Positions 61,134 through 64,000 of a stretch of DNA of 64,000 nt are shown here, one piece after another; positions within the stretch are counted from its first letter, which is position 1; each line of letters opens with the position of its first letter. A program made the position numbers and the translations under genes. Location of the stretch: contig CAVSGO010000005.1 of the NCBI GenBank assembly GCA_963727525.1, positions 448,001 through 512,000 on the forward strand, written 5' to 3'. This stretch comes from an uncultured bacterium. GTDB taxonomy: Bacteria > Krumholzibacteriota > Krumholzibacteriia > LZORAL124-64-63. The notes below the pieces were generated by a model. The model searched no databases and was not told where the DNA came from. It saw nothing but the letters and a program-made list of their open reading frames with translations.

Positions 61134-62053
61134 TTCGCCTCACCACCCCACACGAAGGTGAGTCCGAACTGGTGGGTCGAGTCAAGCACGCCACCGCCCG
61201 TCGAGAAGCCGTACTGCACGGCCACACCGTGCACAGTATAGCCGAAGCCCGCCGTGAGCTTGCCGGGATTGGTCACCACGCCGCCGCGCAGGACGAAGCC
61301 GTCCACCACGCTGAACTCGATGCCGCCCCGGTACTGGACCTCATGATCGAGATGGTTGGCCACCTCGAAGGAAGTGATCACGCCGGTGTAGGGCTCGTAG
61401 GCCACGCCGCCCTTGACGAGCTGCGGCAGCTCCTCCTGATCGATACCGATGTTGGGCTGGTTCAGGTTGTGCACCAGGAAGCCCAGATGGGTGCGCTCGT
61501 GCAGGGTCACGGCCATGCCCACATCCACCCCGACGCTGCTGTCGTTGCCGGGATCGGTGCTCCCGGCGAACTCGTTGTCCCAATCGCCGACCGTGTCGGC
61601 GAACTTCAGGTGGAAGACGTTCAGGGAACCGCCCAACGTGATCGTGGAATGCATGTCGTCGTAGAGCACCACGCCGTAGCCGGCCGACAGCGTGAGCTCG
61701 GTCATCAGGTCCACCGCGCCCTGAGTCACGGAGAACCGACGCATGCCCACACCCACGGCGCCGGCCTTGCCAGGCAGCGGGATCGCCGCCCCGATGAAGG
61801 CCTGGCGCGCGAAGGCGAGGCCATAGGGTTGGACGTAGGTCGCCGCCAGGGTGGGTCGGTCGGCCCGCGCGAGGAACGCCGGGTTCGTGGCGACGGCGAA
61901 GGGCGCGTCGGCCACGGCCACGCTCGCCTCCCCCATGCCCCGCGCGCGCGGATCGATCGTCACGTCCTCGAACGCCGCGCGCGCCGCCAGCGGCGCCAGC
62001 AGCACGAGGGCGAGAATGAGGCGGCTGACCAGGATTCTCGGTGTGCGCGTCAT
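61130..62053 (-). CDS. PorV/PorQ-like outer-membrane barrel
   Basis: Signal peptide; RARGMGEASVA...NPAFL; DVG; NLNQP; LRGG; HQFGLTF. Confidence 0.78.
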   Translation of the reverse strand: MTRTPRILVSRLILALVLLAPLAARAAFEDVTIDPRARGMGEASVAVADAPFAVATNPAFLARADRPTLAATYVQPYGLAFARQAFIGAAIPLPGKAGAVGVGMRRFSVTQGAVDLMTELTLSAGYGVVLYDDMHSTITLGGSLNVFHLKFADTVGDWDNEFAGSTDPGNDSSVGVDVGMAVTLHERTHLGFLVHNLNQPNIGIDQEELPQLVKGGVAYEPYTGVITSFEVANHLDHEVQYRGGIEFSVVDGFVLRGGVVTNPGKLTAGFGYTVHGVAVQYGFSTGGGVLDSTHQFGLTFVWGGEAK

Positions 62054-62064
62054 CGCTTCCTCTC

Positions 62065-64000
62065 CTACTTCAGCCGCGTGGCCACGACCACGGGTACGGT
62101 TTTCGTTTCCTCGTCACCGGTCGTCTCGTCGACCACCGACAGATGGGCCACGTACACGCCCGCTCGCACGAGCTCGTAATCCTGGTCGCGACCATCCCAG
62201 ACGACCACCTTGTGCAGGTTGGTTGGAACGGCATCGAAATGGCTATCGAAGAGCGTGACCACGAGCCGCCCATCGAGATCGTAGAGCCGCAGACGGGTCT
62301 CGCTGTTCTCCCGGGTCCCAAACGTGATGGGGAACGTCTCGCCCAGACGCGGCAAGAACGTCCGCGACGGCACCGAGAGCGCGACACCCTCGCCCACCGC
62401 GGGCTCCCCACCGCCACCGTTGCCCCCGCCGGTCGGCGGATCCGGCGTGGCGGTTTCCGCTGCGAAGGTGACGCTCCAGTTCTCGCTCAGCTCGTCGCGC
62501 CCATCGACGCCGTTGCTCCCGGTTGCGATCTGTTCACCCTCGTTCATGTCGATGCGGGTGTACGACTCGCCAACCGCATGTGCGAACATGATCGTGTCCT
62601 GATTGGCCGGCGCCGTGTCGGGCGCGTAGGACGTGGGAGTCGTGTCCGGATCGATGCCGTCGATGCTCACACCGGTCTTCGAGAAGCGGTAGGAGCTGCC
62701 GTTGCCCCAGATCACGATGTCGATATCGGTGACGAGATCGGAGAGCTGGTCCCAGTAATAGAGGATGACCAGCTCGCCATTGCCGGTATCGACGTTGAAA
62801 TTCGTCAGATCGCCGTACTGGCTCAGCACGTTGCTGCCGTCGAAGACCGGGACCATGTCGGGTACATCGTCGGGCACGGCGCCGTCCTCGAACATCTCGA
62901 AATCCGGCAAGACGCCGAACTGTCCCTCGAAGCCGTCACTGCCGCCGAGCGACACGGTCACCCGATCGCCGGCCGCCACGACCGCATCGGCCGGGAAGCG
63001 GATGTGGAAATCGCCGAACGTGCCGTCGCCGCCGACGTTGTCGGCAGTGGGGTTGCCCTCGACAACGCGCCAGTAATATTCCGAGCTCGGCGCATAGAGC
63101 GCGTCGGTCAGGTAATAGTTGGCCAGCGACACGTCAAAGTCGTTGGGATTGTCGATCTCGACGAACTCGCCGGGCGTGGGCGTGGTGCACACCTCGGTGA
63201 AGAGCAGCTTGGCCGGCCCCTCGCCCTGCTGGGGCGCCTCGATCACACCGAAGGTGTTCGCGTGGGCGAAACCTCCCATGGGCACGGTCGCGGTGGCCCC
63301 CTCGGTGGTGGCCGCCGTCACGTACCAGGCGACGGTGTCTTCCACCGCGAGCCCCTCGATCGCGGCCGTCCAGGCGCTCGCCGCGCCGGAGGTGCCGGGG
63401 AGCGTCTGCTCGTCGCCGCCGTTGACGGCGTAGTGGAACGTCACCGCCGCCAGCGCGTCATGGCTGAGCACCGTGGCCGCGAGGGTGACCGGCAAGCCGG
63501 CGTAGGCGGGACTCGAGGCAGTGGCCGCGGTGACGATCGGCGCCGTGCGATACCAGGTCTCCGGTGCGGCCGCCGGCTCCTGCGTCGACACGTCGTGCCA
63601 GCTCGCCGCAAGATTCTCGCTCGTCTCGTCGTGTCCCGTGAGGCCGTTGCCGCCCGACTCCGCCTCGCCCGTCTCGTCGAAGGAGAGACGCTGCAGGGAG
63701 TGGCCAAAGGTGGGCGCGGCGGCCAGGGCAGGGTGCTGCGACGCCACCGGGGTATCGTCCAGGTACGTGCTCGAAGCCTGGTCGACATCGACACCGTCGA
63801 TGGCCACGCCCGTCTTGTCCACGCGCACGCGCGTGTCGCTGCCATAGACGAGATAGTCGAGGTCCTGGACGAGATCCGTCGCACCGTCCCAGCGATACAT
63901 GACGATGCTGTCGAACGTATCGCTCAGCCTGGGCACGTTCGAGCCCGAGCTGCCGAGGCCCGCGCCGATGGACCCCGGGGCCACGGCGCGCATCTCCGGT
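62065..64000 (-). CDS. Lamin-tail-domain repeat surface protein with FlgD-Ig/CTD-like tail (5' end outside window)
   Basis: LLFTEV...EFVEIDNPNDFDVSLANYYLTD; internal duplication; C-terminal LRLYDLDGRLV...WDGRD...AGVY. Confidence 0.82.
   Translation of the reverse strand, partial: PEMRAVAPGSIGAGLGSSGSNVPRLSDTFDSIVMYRWDGATDLVQDLDYLVYGSDTRVRVDKTGVAIDGVDVDQASSTYLDDTPVASQHPALAAAPTFGHSLQRLSFDETGEAESGGNGLTGHDETSENLAASWHDVSTQEPAAAPETWYRTAPIVTAATASSPAYAGLPVTLAATVLSHDALAAVTFHYAVNGGDEQTLPGTSGAASAWTAAIEGLAVEDTVAWYVTAATTEGATATVPMGGFAHANTFGVIEAPQQGEGPAKLLFTEVCTTPTPGEFVEIDNPNDFDVSLANYYLTDALYAPSSEYYWRVVEGNPTADNVGGDGTFGDFHIRFPADAVVAAGDRVTVSLGGSDGFEGQFGVLPDFEMFEDGAVPDDVPDMVPVFDGSNVLSQYGDLTNFNVDTGNGELVILYYWDQLSDLVTDIDIVIWGNGSSYRFSKTGVSIDGIDPDTTPTSYAPDTAPANQDTIMFAHAVGESYTRIDMNEGEQIATGSNGVDGRDELSENWSVTFAAETATPDPPTGGGNGGGGEPAVGEGVALSVPSRTFLPRLGETFPITFGTRENSETRLRLYDLDGRLVVTLFDSHFDAVPTNLHKVVVWDGRDQDYELVRAGVYVAHLSVVDETTGDEETKTVPVVVATRLK

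Overview
High-GC bacterial chromosomal window. By inference it comes from an FCB-group lineage such as Krumholzibacteriota, Latescibacterota or Eisenbacteria, because several secreted proteins end in FlgD-Ig/CTD-like tails and a PorV/PorQ-like barrel is present. It holds about 58 supportable CDS; I recognised no rRNA, tRNA or CRISPR array. In order: end of a liv ABC operon; a small degraded accessory patch (AAA_14/DUF4143 remnant, orphan trpF, AT-richer VOC gene, IS91/ISCR-like transposase remnant); heme oxygenase and ggt; secreted or lipoprotein genes; a two-subunit M16 peptidase; mpg with a four-gene ABC-2 exporter; an antiporter-PTS EIIA fusion; an rpfF-rpfC-like DSF signalling pair; a tyrosine catabolic operon (hppD-hmgA-unknown-fahA-acetoacetate CoA ligase); PilZ and cheV; housekeeping genes (ctpA, tmk, rsmI, nadE, trkAH, ltaE, HU, rsgA); a sigma54-preceded lipoprotein pair; and a D2-only Clp ATPase with an IGF loop. 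At the right end is a tightly coupled five-gene surface operon: lamin-tail/CTD protein, PorV-like barrel, helix-hairpin-helix plus beta-barrel protein, FadL-like barrel and 5'-nucleotidase. It looks like an extracellular nucleic-acid capture and utilisation system. Best candidates for new biology: (1) that operon, (2) DSF quorum sensing outside Proteobacteria, (3) a candidate non-canonical maleylacetoacetate isomerase, (4) the single-ring Clp. All functional calls come from motif recognition by eye; no database searches were run.
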